Assembly (NCBI GenBank): GCA_965232005.1
Contig: OZ246950.1
Span: 4,294,311-4,326,310, forward strand
Direction: 5' to 3'
Length of the DNA stretch: 32,000 nucleotides
From: Longimicrobiales bacterium
Lineage (GTDB): Bacteria > Gemmatimonadota > Gemmatimonadetes > Longimicrobiales > Gaopeijiaceae
Below the pieces are notes generated by a model that was not told the origin of the DNA, ran no database searches, and saw nothing but the letters and a program-made list of their open reading frames with translations. Made by a program: the position numbers and the translations under genes. Of this stretch, positions 1 to 7,833 are shown piece after piece. Each line of letters starts with the position of its first letter. Within the stretch, counting starts at the first letter, position 1.

Positions 1-1
1 A

Positions 2-82
2 GGCGCACTTACCAAGCTTGGCGAGCAGGCAACCGGCTTCGAACGCGACTTGCAGGAAGCGGCCGGTCACGCGGCACGATGA
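2..82 (+). CDS. 3' end of an unidentified upstream CDS (partial, continues beyond the left edge)
   Basis: Frame 2 is open from the window edge and reads ...GALTKLGEQATGFERDLQEAAGHAAR*. Its TGA (80-82) overlaps the ATG at 79 in an ATGA junction, which is typical of translational coupling. It is too short to assign a function. Confidence 0.35.
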   Translation, partial: GALTKLGEQATGFERDLQEAAGHAAR

Positions 83-1581
83 ACGAGAGTACGCGGATTC
101 AAGCTGAGCGAGCGGCCCTCGTTCAGCGGTTCCAACTGGAAGCTCTGAATCGCGCCCTTCAATCGCTGGAAGCCCATCTCGCCACCCTGGAATCGGAAAC
201 CGACCGGCAGCGCAACGAACTGTTACGTCTGGACCGGATGATCGCGCAACTTCGCGCCAAGGCCGGCCTTCCCCGCACCTCCAGCCTGCCGGCCCCCGAC
301 ACCCCGGAGCCAGCCGACAACAAGGCGCTGAAGCACCAACGGGCTTCCTCCCACGAGACGAGGGTCGCACCTCGACCATCGCCCGCTCCGCCCACCATTG
401 TCCCCCCGCTGGAGCTGGGCAAGAACTGGGATGAGTACACGCGCAACGTCGAGCGATACATCGCCGATCACGGGATCGAGGTGGCCCCTGATCCCCTCGC
501 GCAACTTCTGCCCCCGGATCGCGCGGCCAAGATCCGGAGCCGCTTCCACGCGGACTTCGGCCCGGCGCCGTGGGATCGGTGGGACTACGGCGTCGTCGCT
601 CTGGCGGTGATCGTCGGCGCGCTCACGGACTACCTGCTCGTCGCCACACCCGGGGGGAGCTTCAAGGGAAAGCCCCAGCGCGAAAGCCCGCTAACGGCCT
701 GGATGAAGGAACAGTCGAAGAAGCTGGCTCCGATGAAGGGCGCGGACGTAATCGAGCGCAACTCGTTCCAACAGTGGATCGCCGGTCTGACCACCGCCGC
801 GGAAAAATGGGCCAAGGTGCCCTACGATGTGGTCAGCCCAAAGCTCGGCCTCACGCCGAACGTCCACCGCCTCGCCTCGCTCGGCCACGATCCTCTCCTC
901 GGCCTCGTGTTCGGGGTAGGTGACATCCTGTCCGGAACCTGCACATTCATCGACAAGTCGGGCACGTGGCGTGTCATCGACAATCCCAGATTCGAAGGCA
1001 CAGGGAACCCCCTCCAAGCGCTCGTCAAGGTGGTCGTCCACGGATTCTCGGACGTCTTCACCGCCCAAGGCCTCCCACCACCCTTCATGGCGCTATTCCA
1101 GCTCGTCGACGCAAAGCCCGGATTCACCCTGAAGGAACGGGGTGACCCGGTGGCAGTCCGCGATGTCGTGCGGTACATGTACGCCAATGGCTACGACCTC
1201 CGCCACTTCATGACCACAAAGATCTCGCCCGCGATCGCCGAGGTCATTCTCAGGGCGTACCACGGCGTACGGGCCTGCGCGGAAAGGCCGGAGCCCGGCG
1301 AGCTCAGCATCCCGGAGAGACTGAAGCGAGAACAGATGCTGGTCCTCACCCACGGACTGCTGTCCTCCGCAAACATCCTGAAGACAGCGCTATACGGTTG
1401 GAACCCGATGGCGATCAACCTTGCCCAATTCCAGACCCTGATGAAGCGGATGCTGTCCCTGATAAAGCTCGCCGCCGAACGCGACCGGCAGTTGCAGCGG
1501 GTACTGGATGACGGCTGGGAGGAACTGCTCGCCGACGCAAAGCCCTCGGGAACCTTCTCTGCGCCAACTGGCCGTCAATGA
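79..1581 (+). CDS. Hypothetical protein: N-terminal coiled coil, Pro-rich linker, one predicted TM helix, C-terminal domain of unknown function
   Basis: 500-aa ORF. Heptad-like N-terminus (QAERAALVQRFQLEALNRALQSLEAHLATLESETDRQRNELLRLDRMIAQLRA). Pro-rich stretch (LPAPDTPEPA...APRPSPAPPTIVPP). Hydrophobic segment WDYGVVALAVIVGALTDYLLVA. I recognise no family motif. It is coupled to the upstream ORF by ATGA and lies 17 nt from the amidase gene, with a GAGGAA Shine-Dalgarno-like sequence in the gap. Confidence 0.6.
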   Translation: MNESTRIQAERAALVQRFQLEALNRALQSLEAHLATLESETDRQRNELLRLDRMIAQLRAKAGLPRTSSLPAPDTPEPADNKALKHQRASSHETRVAPRPSPAPPTIVPPLELGKNWDEYTRNVERYIADHGIEVAPDPLAQLLPPDRAAKIRSRFHADFGPAPWDRWDYGVVALAVIVGALTDYLLVATPGGSFKGKPQRESPLTAWMKEQSKKLAPMKGADVIERNSFQQWIAGLTTAAEKWAKVPYDVVSPKLGLTPNVHRLASLGHDPLLGLVFGVGDILSGTCTFIDKSGTWRVIDNPRFEGTGNPLQALVKVVVHGFSDVFTAQGLPPPFMALFQLVDAKPGFTLKERGDPVAVRDVVRYMYANGYDLRHFMTTKISPAIAEVILRAYHGVRACAERPEPGELSIPERLKREQMLVLTHGLLSSANILKTALYGWNPMAINLAQFQTLMKRMLSLIKLAAERDRQLQRVLDDGWEELLADAKPSGTFSAPTGRQ

Positions 1582-1598
1582 CCTGAGGAATCCAAACG

Positions 1599-3236
1599 AT
1601 GCCTACCCTTACGCTTCCCCTCCCACGCCGACTCACGCGGCCCCTGTCCCTGACGACATGCCTACTCCTTCTCCTGGCACTCGGCTCCACGCGGACCCAG
1701 GCCCAGGCGCCCGCAGAGCCGAGTGGCCTCGGATGGGCCTCCATCGAGGACCTGAATGCGGCCTTCGATTCCGGGCAACTCACCTCGGAGCGACTCGTCG
1801 AGATGAGCCTGGCGCGAATCGAGGCCTACGATCAGGCCGGCCCCGAACTCCACGCCATGATCTGGGTGAACGAAAACGCCCTTGAGCGGGCGCGGGAGCT
1901 CGATGAGGAGCGGCGGCGCAGCGGTCCGCGGTCCCCGCTGCACGGCATCCCCGTGGTCCTGAAGGACAACGTCGACACGGGGGACATGCCCACCACGGGC
2001 GGATCAGCCCTTCTCGCGGGCTCGATCCCCCCTGACGACGCCTTCATCGTGAAGAAGCTGCGGGAGGCCGGTGCGATCATGCTGGCCAAGACCGCGTTGA
2101 GCGAGCTCGCCTCCGGCGGCATCCTCAGCTCGTTGGGCAACTTCTTCCCGAAGAACCCCCACGACCCCGCGCATACACCTTCGGGATCCTCGACGGGGGC
2201 CGGTATCGCCGTCGCCGCGTCCATGGCCCAACTGGGCGTAGGCACCGACACCGGCGGCTCCATCCGGGGACCCGCTACGGACAATGGCATCGTCGCGCTC
2301 CGTCCGACGCACGGCCTACTGAGTCACGATGGTGTCATTCCGCTGTCCATCACGCTCGACATGGCCGGCCCGATGGGGCGCCACGTGTACGATGTCGCGG
2401 CGATGCTCGGGGTCATGACCGGCGTCGATCCCGCGGATCCCACAACGCAGAAGAGCGAGGGCCGCTTCGAGACCGACTACACGCAGTTCCTGGACGCCGG
2501 CGCGCTCGAGGGCGCCCGCATCGGGATCGCGCGCGACCTGATTGGCGACGACGAATCCGTTACCTGGATCGTCGAGACGGCGCTCGCGACCATGCGCGGG
2601 GAGGGAGCGACCATCGTCGACGTGCGCTATCCGCCGTGGCTCCTGGCGGTGAAGGGCGACTGGTACACAACGGTGCGCTATCCGGAGTTCCGGTCCCAGA
2701 TCGAGGACTATCTCGCCACCCTCGCGCCCAGGTATCCGAAAACGCTACGGGAAATGATCGCGAGATCGGACGAGATCGTGGCGCCCATGCCGGACGGATC
2801 CCGCCCGAACCCGGTCCGCTGGAACATCTTCAGGGACGAGGAAGCCAGCGGCGAACTGACCCGCTTCGAGTACATGGCGATGCGGGAACACGGCTTCCCG
2901 ATGGTTCAGGCGATCGTGCACGGGATGATGGACGCCCACGATCTCGACGCCATCGTCTATCCTCCCTCGGCCAACCCCCCTGTTCTGCGCTCCGAGGTCA
3001 ATCACTTCGGCGGCATGCTGGGCACCCACATCGCGAGTATCGCTGGCGTACCCGATCTCATCGTGCCGGCGGGGTTCACTCCCACGGGTCTGCCCGTCGG
3101 GCTTTCCTTCCTCGGCCGGGCCTTCAGCGAACCCCGACTGTTCGCGCTCGGATACGCCTTCGAGCAGGCCACGCACGCGCGCCGGGATCCGGTGTACACG
3201 CCACCGCTGCCGGGTGAGGAAGTGCCGCGGCCGTGA
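1599..3236 (+). CDS. Secreted amidase-signature (AS) family amidase
   Basis: 545 aa. N-terminal signal-like segment (LSLTTCLLLLLALGSTRTQAQA). AS hallmark region GIPVVLKDNVD ... PSGSSTGAGIAVAASMAQLGVGTDTGGSIRGPA, consistent with the Lys / cis-Ser / Ser triad context. Confidence 0.9.
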   Translation: MPTLTLPLPRRLTRPLSLTTCLLLLLALGSTRTQAQAPAEPSGLGWASIEDLNAAFDSGQLTSERLVEMSLARIEAYDQAGPELHAMIWVNENALERARELDEERRRSGPRSPLHGIPVVLKDNVDTGDMPTTGGSALLAGSIPPDDAFIVKKLREAGAIMLAKTALSELASGGILSSLGNFFPKNPHDPAHTPSGSSTGAGIAVAASMAQLGVGTDTGGSIRGPATDNGIVALRPTHGLLSHDGVIPLSITLDMAGPMGRHVYDVAAMLGVMTGVDPADPTTQKSEGRFETDYTQFLDAGALEGARIGIARDLIGDDESVTWIVETALATMRGEGATIVDVRYPPWLLAVKGDWYTTVRYPEFRSQIEDYLATLAPRYPKTLREMIARSDEIVAPMPDGSRPNPVRWNIFRDEEASGELTRFEYMAMREHGFPMVQAIVHGMMDAHDLDAIVYPPSANPPVLRSEVNHFGGMLGTHIASIAGVPDLIVPAGFTPTGLPVGLSFLGRAFSEPRLFALGYAFEQATHARRDPVYTPPLPGEEVPRP

Positions 3237-3445
3237 CAGCCTATGTCGCAACTGCGGCATAGAGGACGTTCACTCCCCACCGGCTGTCGGCACGCCAGCG
3301 TCGCGTTTGCGCGTCCCGCCCGTCCCATTCCGCCATTCCAACGCCCCCGTCCCGGTGCGAACATCTTGGGCAACTGCGGGCACGCGGCTCTACCGGGAAT
3401 CGGAGTCACCAACCCGCGAGAACCCACTTCGGCCGGAGATTCTCG

Positions 3446-4453
3446 TTGTCTCGTAGACACGATCAGTCCTACAAGCTCCTTTTCTCCCTGCCACTGGCCA
3501 TCGAACACATGATCCGTGACTTCATCAACGGCGACCTCGCCAGCGAGCTTGACTTCGAGAGAGCGGAAAACCTGGCCACTGAACGGACGACCCCTGGCTT
3601 GGTTCGCTCCCAGGCCGACATGTTGTGGAAGATCCACTTCCGCGGAAGCACGCGGCACCTGCTTCTTCCGGTGGAGTTCCAGTCGGCCTCCGATCGCTAC
3701 ATGTCCGTGCGGGCCCTGTGCTACATCGCCCTCGCCTACAATGCTCTCGTCAGTGCGAGGGGACGCCGTAGGAAGCTGGCACCCGGAGGGCTGCTCCCGC
3801 CCACGCTCGCGGTGACGATCTACAACGGCCGCGACCGCTGGACCGCCCCGGACGACATCTTCGACGTCATCGAGCCGGTACGCGGGTGGCTCGCCGAGCG
3901 CCAACCGAAGTTTCGGCACCAGCTGCTTGACCTGCGGGCGTTGGCGCGCGAACCTCACACCACAGCCGAGCCGAACGTGGTGGCGTGGATCGCGAGTATG
4001 GAACTCGACTCCTCAGCCGGGAACGTGTCGCGGGTCGTAGACGAAGTGCTAGATGCATACCCCGGGCCAGAGTACGCGAGGCTCCGTGAGGCGTTCCGGG
4101 AATGGGTCCTGGGAGCAGCCGAATCGTGGGGAATCGGAGAAGAGGTGCTGGAACAGGTGAAGTCGCTAAAGGAGGCGGGAATGGTCTACGCGGGTGTGGA
4201 GGAGCTTAAGGAGCAGGCGCTCCGGGAGCTTGGGAAGGCGCGCATGGAAGGACGTGCCGAGGGGCGCGCCGAGGGGCGTGCCACCCTGATCTGCCGACTC
4301 GCAAGCCAGAAGTTCGGCGCACGGACGGCCGAGCGGCTGGCCAGGCTGCTGGACGACATCACAGACCCGGACGCAATCGCCCGCATCGGCGACCGGATCA
4401 TCGAATGCGAGACGGGGGAGGAACTGCTGGCCCGGGCCAGGGAGGCTGAGTAG
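3446..4453 (+). CDS. Rpn/YhgA-like recombination-promoting nuclease / putative transposase (PD-(D/E)XK) with a DUF4351-like C-terminal domain
   Basis: TTG start. The N-terminus HDQSYKLLFSLPLAIEHMIRDF, then ADMLWKIHFRGSTRHLLLPVEFQS...YMSVRALCYIAL, is the pattern I associate with the Rpn/transposase_31 family. The C-terminus has an EGRAEGRAEGRA repeat followed by LICRLASQKFG...LARLLDDITDPDAIARIGDRIIECETGEELL, which looks DUF4351-like. Confidence 0.75.
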   Translation: MSRRHDQSYKLLFSLPLAIEHMIRDFINGDLASELDFERAENLATERTTPGLVRSQADMLWKIHFRGSTRHLLLPVEFQSASDRYMSVRALCYIALAYNALVSARGRRRKLAPGGLLPPTLAVTIYNGRDRWTAPDDIFDVIEPVRGWLAERQPKFRHQLLDLRALAREPHTTAEPNVVAWIASMELDSSAGNVSRVVDEVLDAYPGPEYARLREAFREWVLGAAESWGIGEEVLEQVKSLKEAGMVYAGVEELKEQALRELGKARMEGRAEGRAEGRATLICRLASQKFGARTAERLARLLDDITDPDAIARIGDRIIECETGEELLARAREAE

Positions 4454-4479
4454 CGGTAGGGCGCCGGACTACGCCGATC

Positions 4480-4798
4480 TCCAGCCAGGTCCTGAAGCGG
4501 GAGAAGGACTGGATGACCTACCTGTACGACTTCGGCGACTCCTGGGAGCACAAGGTGCCGCTGCAGAAGATCCTCCCCTACGACCCCGCCGTCCGTTTGC
4601 CCGCCTGCATCAGCGGCAGGAGGCGGTGTCCGCCGGAGGACTGCGGCGGAGTCTGGGGCTACTACGAGATGCTCGAAACCCTCAAGGACCCAACGCGAGG
4701 GACCACGAGCACATGAAGGAGTGGATCGGCGAGCTCTTCGACCCCGAGGCGTTCAGCCCCCAGGCCGTCGACATGATAGTCGGAAGGATGAGATGGTG
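4480..4798 (+). pseudogene. pRiA4b ORF-3-like (PF07929-type) gene remnant, N-terminally truncated and frameshifted
   Basis: The ORF 4513-4716 carries the family core YLYDFGDSWEHKV...CISGRRRCPPEDCGGVWGYYEML. It stops prematurely (DPTRGTTST*), but the next frame continues with the expected tail (DP)NARDHEHMKEWIGELFDPEAFSPQAVD...*, ending at the TGA at 4796-4798. This implies a 1-nt indel near 4688-4692. The first ~100 aa expected for the family are absent: the frame is closed by a TGA at 4447-4449, inside the end of the Rpn gene. Confidence 0.65.
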
Positions 4799-4898
4799 AC
4801 GAAACGCCGCGAAATGACAACCGCGCTTTACATAGTGTAAAACGATCTTGACATTTCCGACTCTCGTGGAGACCGCTCCGAGAACCGGATGTTACGCC

Positions 4899-5303
4899 CT
4901 ACAAACGCTTCCATCGTGCCGAACGTCCGCGGCCAGTGAGCGCGACCAGCCCTTGATCCCTCAGCGCGGCAAGATCGCCAAGCAACGTACGCCGGCTGGC
5001 TCGCGTACCCAGCCGATCGCTGATCTCCCCGATCGCTAGGGGTCGATCAACCAGCACAGCGAGAATCGCCGCCCTCCGCTCCTGCGGATCTCCACTCCCA
5101 ACCTGAGGTGCCGCGTACCGATTGTTCCGGAAGCGCACCGTTACGCAGTTGGCGGCGTCTGAGATTCGGTCAGCTGTCATACGCACCTCTATGAGCGATT
5201 CCCCGGATTCCAGCTTACGAAGCACCGTTTCCGAGTGGAAGGCCTCTGGCTCCTTGTCGAGGTTCATTGGTTCACCGGAATGAAGGTGTCCCTGGAATCC
5301 CAC
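4899..5303 (-). pseudogene. Probable gene fragment: C-terminal end of an AlbA_2/HATPase_c_4-type putative regulator with a winged-helix domain
   Basis: The 134-aa ORF contains only ...NCVTVRFRNN... followed by a wHTH-like tail, ERRAAILAVLVDRPLAIGEISDRLGTRASRRTLLGDLAALRDQGLVALTGRGRSARWKRL. Full-length proteins with this tail are several hundred aa long. It might still be expressed from the internal Met at 5267 (MNLDKEPE...). Confidence 0.4.
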
Positions 5304-5465
5304 GGGATCTTCCTAGTTGCCGAATCTCCCGGAATCTCCCGGAATCACGCAGAATCACGCAGAATCACGCAGAAATGTGCCAAGTCTCCCAGAATCGATC
5401 GGAATCGTGCCAAATCGTGCGGTGCCGTGCGCGATAGTGCGCGAATCATCCTTCGGGAATCGACT
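5291..5465. repeat. Array of degenerate tandem 10-bp repeats (consensus roughly RGAATCNNGC), 10 GAATC + 1 GACTC in ~175 bp
   Basis: Read in 10-nt register from 5321: cgaatctccc / ggaatctccc / ggaatcacgc / agaatcacgc / agaatcacgc / agaaatgtgc / caagtctccc / agaatcgatc / ggaatcgtgc / caaatcgtgc / ggtgccgtgc / gcgatagtgc / gcgaatcatc. Further GAATC sites lie at 5295 and 5457. A 10-nt period is not a multiple of 3, so this is not a coding repeat. Confidence 0.85.
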
Positions 5466-5613
5466 CTTTGTTAACGAACCGGGCAAGGGGTGGGCCCGAC
5501 CCGCTACGGGGCGTCGGTGCTCCCCGTCGTCCCGGATCCCACTACTCTATTGGTGGCGCCCGCTCGCCCGCCGGCGCCCGAGAACAAGCAACCTCACCCC
5601 CACCCCCCTTCCC

Positions 5614-5937
5614 ATGACCGATCGCCTACCCGACGGGCTCGTGCCAGGCGGCGCGTCCCCAGCCTTTACGCAGGACACTCTGCCCTACGCTCTGCAGGCG
5701 GAGCACACTCTGGGGCCTGGGCACTGGGCGGTGCTGAACGTGCTCGAGGGCAGTCTGCGGTTCGTGAACATCGAGCGCGGCGAGGAGCGGGTGATCCCGG
5801 CGCCGGATTGCGTCACGATCCGTCCCGGGATGCCTCACCGGGTGGCGATCGAGGGGCCGTTGCGCTGCAGGATCGACTTTTTTCGGGAGGCGCCGGTCCA
5901 GGGAGCGACCACGGCGCCGCCGCTGGGCGGAAAGTGA
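5614..5937 (+). CDS. DUF1971 (YeaR / TehB N-terminal-like) small cupin-type protein
   Basis: 107 aa from the ATG at 5614: MTDRLPDGLVPGGASPAFTQDTLPYALQAEHTLGPGHWAVLNVLEGSLRFV...IRPGMPHRVAIEGPLRCRIDFF. This matches the YeaR-like pattern as I remember it. The longer ORF from 5317 is rejected because it reads through the 10-bp repeat array. Confidence 0.8.
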   Translation: MTDRLPDGLVPGGASPAFTQDTLPYALQAEHTLGPGHWAVLNVLEGSLRFVNIERGEERVIPAPDCVTIRPGMPHRVAIEGPLRCRIDFFREAPVQGATTAPPLGGK

Positions 5938-5939
5938 CC

Positions 5940-7235
5940 TCACCCGACGTCCTGAAGCCTCCGCTGAATCCATTCGACCATCTCTCCCGGCACACCAGCC
6001 GCACGGGCTTGTTCCCGCCACCCCGCCACCACTTCCACCACCTCTGCGACAATCTCCCTGCCACCCCCGGGGACATCGAACATCTCTCCCACCTCGAGCA
6101 GATCGCGGCGGGTGATCTCTCGGAACTTCCCGTTCACCGACATCTGGTGTTGGCGTGTCCAGGCGTCGTTCTCGGCGTAGGTCACGTCGTAGGCGGGTGC
6201 GAGACGCCACCTGCCCGCCGGATTCATCAGGAAGCCGAAGTTCTTGACGTGGTCGTCGAAGTTGACCGTGGCCACGGCAAAGACCATGCGCCGGAACGCT
6301 TCGTTCACCGATCGCTGTCCGAGCCCGATGGCCCGTATCGTGTCGAACCAGCCTTCGTAGCTGAAGACGTACTGGTCGTTGAAGTCGATGTGCTGGATCC
6401 CTCCCAGGCTGTGGAAGTGGAAGCGCCGGAGGATTCCCGGCGCCTCGTCCGACGCACGGTCGAAGCGCCGCACCATGAAATGCGCGAGGTCCCCGTCGCG
6501 GAGCAGGTGCGTCTCGGGCATTTCGATTCCCGCGCTCTTCGCCATCTTCGAGTAGGCGTATTCGATCCGGCCCCAGGGGCCTGGACTTCCGGCGGCGCGC
6601 ATGCCCTGTCCCGCCGACTCGCTCGTGACCCCGTCGAACTTGATGAGCCACGCCTCCTCGCCTGGCTCGGGACGCGCGAACCCCGACCGCACACGGTTGG
6701 CTCCGCGATCCCACAGAATGAGCGCCTTCGGCCGGGCTCCGCCGGCACTGCCGCCGACCTGCATGATCTCCGGCACACCGACCGATACATCCCCCTCGAC
6801 CACTCTGCGGGCCTGGTCGACCAGCCCCCTGACCTCCAGCGCCTCCTCGGTACCCGGTCCGGGATCCAGGGGAGGGCGGAATTCCAACGCTCCCATGGCG
6901 CGGTCTCCGATGTACAGGAGGCGTTGCAAGGGCGACATGGCGTCACCCGGCCGTCCACGTTGCTCGAAGTAGCGACGGATGACGGCGTTGCCGAACTGGT
7001 CCGGCAGGGCATCGGCAAAGACGCCTGGGAGGCCCAGAAACGCTGGCTTCCGTGTCAACTCCGGGAAGGAAGCCGGACCGAGCCGGGCCGTTGGCAGATG
7101 GATCGGTGAGATTTCGAGGCCGGAGGTCAGGAACCCGGGGTGGTATTCGAAAGTGATCCGCCCTTCCGGCCCCTCCCGGAGCATTCCGACCTCACGCCCC
7201 CATATTCCCACCCGCACCCTCACATCACCATTCAC
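5940..7235 (-). CDS. hipA: HipA-family serine/threonine kinase toxin (type II TA)
   Basis: 431 aa, GTG start. N-terminal coupling domain (VGIWGREVGMLRE...ITFEYHPGFL...ISPIHLP). Kinase core with GGARPKALI and the catalytic-loop-like NFDDHVKNFGFLM...LAPAYDV. It overlaps the upstream HTH gene by 11 nt. Confidence 0.9.
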   Translation of the reverse strand: MNGDVRVRVGIWGREVGMLREGPEGRITFEYHPGFLTSGLEISPIHLPTARLGPASFPELTRKPAFLGLPGVFADALPDQFGNAVIRRYFEQRGRPGDAMSPLQRLLYIGDRAMGALEFRPPLDPGPGTEEALEVRGLVDQARRVVEGDVSVGVPEIMQVGGSAGGARPKALILWDRGANRVRSGFARPEPGEEAWLIKFDGVTSESAGQGMRAAGSPGPWGRIEYAYSKMAKSAGIEMPETHLLRDGDLAHFMVRRFDRASDEAPGILRRFHFHSLGGIQHIDFNDQYVFSYEGWFDTIRAIGLGQRSVNEAFRRMVFAVATVNFDDHVKNFGFLMNPAGRWRLAPAYDVTYAENDAWTRQHQMSVNGKFREITRRDLLEVGEMFDVPGGGREIVAEVVEVVAGWREQARAAGVPGEMVEWIQRRLQDVG

Positions 7236-7542
7236 GACTCCTCCTCGACGCGCGGCGTCTTGTCTTCCCCCTCAATTTCTCGACATCGTATGGCGATACT
7301 TCGGGCACGGGGATGAACGTCTCGAACGCCTGCAGCCGCCCGAGCGCACGCATGACGCGCACCAGATTATCCGTCCCGACGCTGTTCCCCGCCTCGAGGC
7401 GGTTGATGGTGCGTGGGCTGACCCCGGAGTGGGCGGCGAGGTCGCTGACCCGGCGATTCTGTTGAAGACGAAGCGCCTTCAGCCGCGCACCCACTTCGCG
7501 GAGCACATCCGGGGTTCGGCTTGTGGCGACGATGGCTCCCAT
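7225..7542 (-). CDS. hipB: XRE-family HTH antitoxin (HipB-like)
   Basis: HTH region LREVGARLKALRLQQNRRVSDLAAHSGVSPRTINRLEAGNSVGTDNLVRVMRALG. I prefer the ATG at 7542 because AGAGGAGG sits about 8-10 nt upstream of it. The longer form starting at 7605 begins inside the AT-rich promoter region. Confidence 0.8.
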   Translation of the reverse strand: MGAIVATSRTPDVLREVGARLKALRLQQNRRVSDLAAHSGVSPRTINRLEAGNSVGTDNLVRVMRALGRLQAFETFIPVPEVSPYDVEKLRGKTRRRASRRSREW

Positions 7543-7590
7543 GGAACGGGCACCTCCTCTCGGCACCAGGATAACAGAGTCATGTGATTG

Positions 7591-7619
7591 AGTATATACT
7601 GCCATATACGACGTTGCAA
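7591..7619 (-). promoter_or_regulatory. Sigma70-like promoter candidate for hipBA (TTGCAA - 17 nt - TATACT on the minus strand)
   Basis: Minus-strand reading: ttgcaa cgtcgtatatggcagta tatact. TTGCAA = 7614-7619, and TATACT is the complement of 7591-7596. It lies in a ~100-bp AT-rich island (7560-7660) within otherwise GC-rich DNA. AGTATATACT (7591-7600) is itself a perfect 10-bp palindrome. Confidence 0.45.
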
Positions 7620-7641
7620 TGTTATAATATGAGTATAATAG

Positions 7642-7653
7642 GTCATATATGAC
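7642..7653. promoter_or_regulatory. Perfect 12-bp palindrome GTCATATATGAC, candidate HipB operator
   Basis: Self-complementary by inspection. It sits just upstream of the candidate -35 element and shares an ATATA core with the 10-bp palindrome at 7591-7600. Confidence 0.35.
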
Positions 7654-7833
7654 ATATTGTCGTTATCGACCGCGCAACCCAGCCCCACCCCATCCGCCGG
7701 CAGGCCGCCGTGCTCCTCGTCGAGGGCAGCTTGCACATGGTGCGTAACCCCAGCCCGTTGAGTATTCTACGAGGGTGTGCGCCGTAGTGTCCTGAAAACA
7801 CGAATCCGTTCAGACCGAGGCTGACCCGGTACG

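Noticed and set aside
3237-3445. Possible small RNA or tRNA in the 209-bp gap between the amidase and Rpn genes. It contains the short hairpin ctatg...catag and a repeated gcaactgcgg at ~3247 and ~3371.
   Set aside because: No cloverleaf-compatible structure or conserved tRNA boxes are visible. The stems are short and the repeat is only 10 bp. There is insufficient evidence for an RNA gene.
5291-5465. Possibility that the short-repeat array is a CRISPR array.
   Set aside because: The repeat unit is only 10 bp with no intervening unique spacers, and no cas genes are nearby. It is a microsatellite or iteron-like array, not CRISPR.
5317-5937. 206-aa form of the DUF1971 ORF starting inside the repeat array.
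   Set aside because: The N-terminal extension is translated from the 10-bp repeat array and a Pro/Arg-rich spacer. The conserved DUF1971 domain starts at the Met at 5614, so the short form is preferred.
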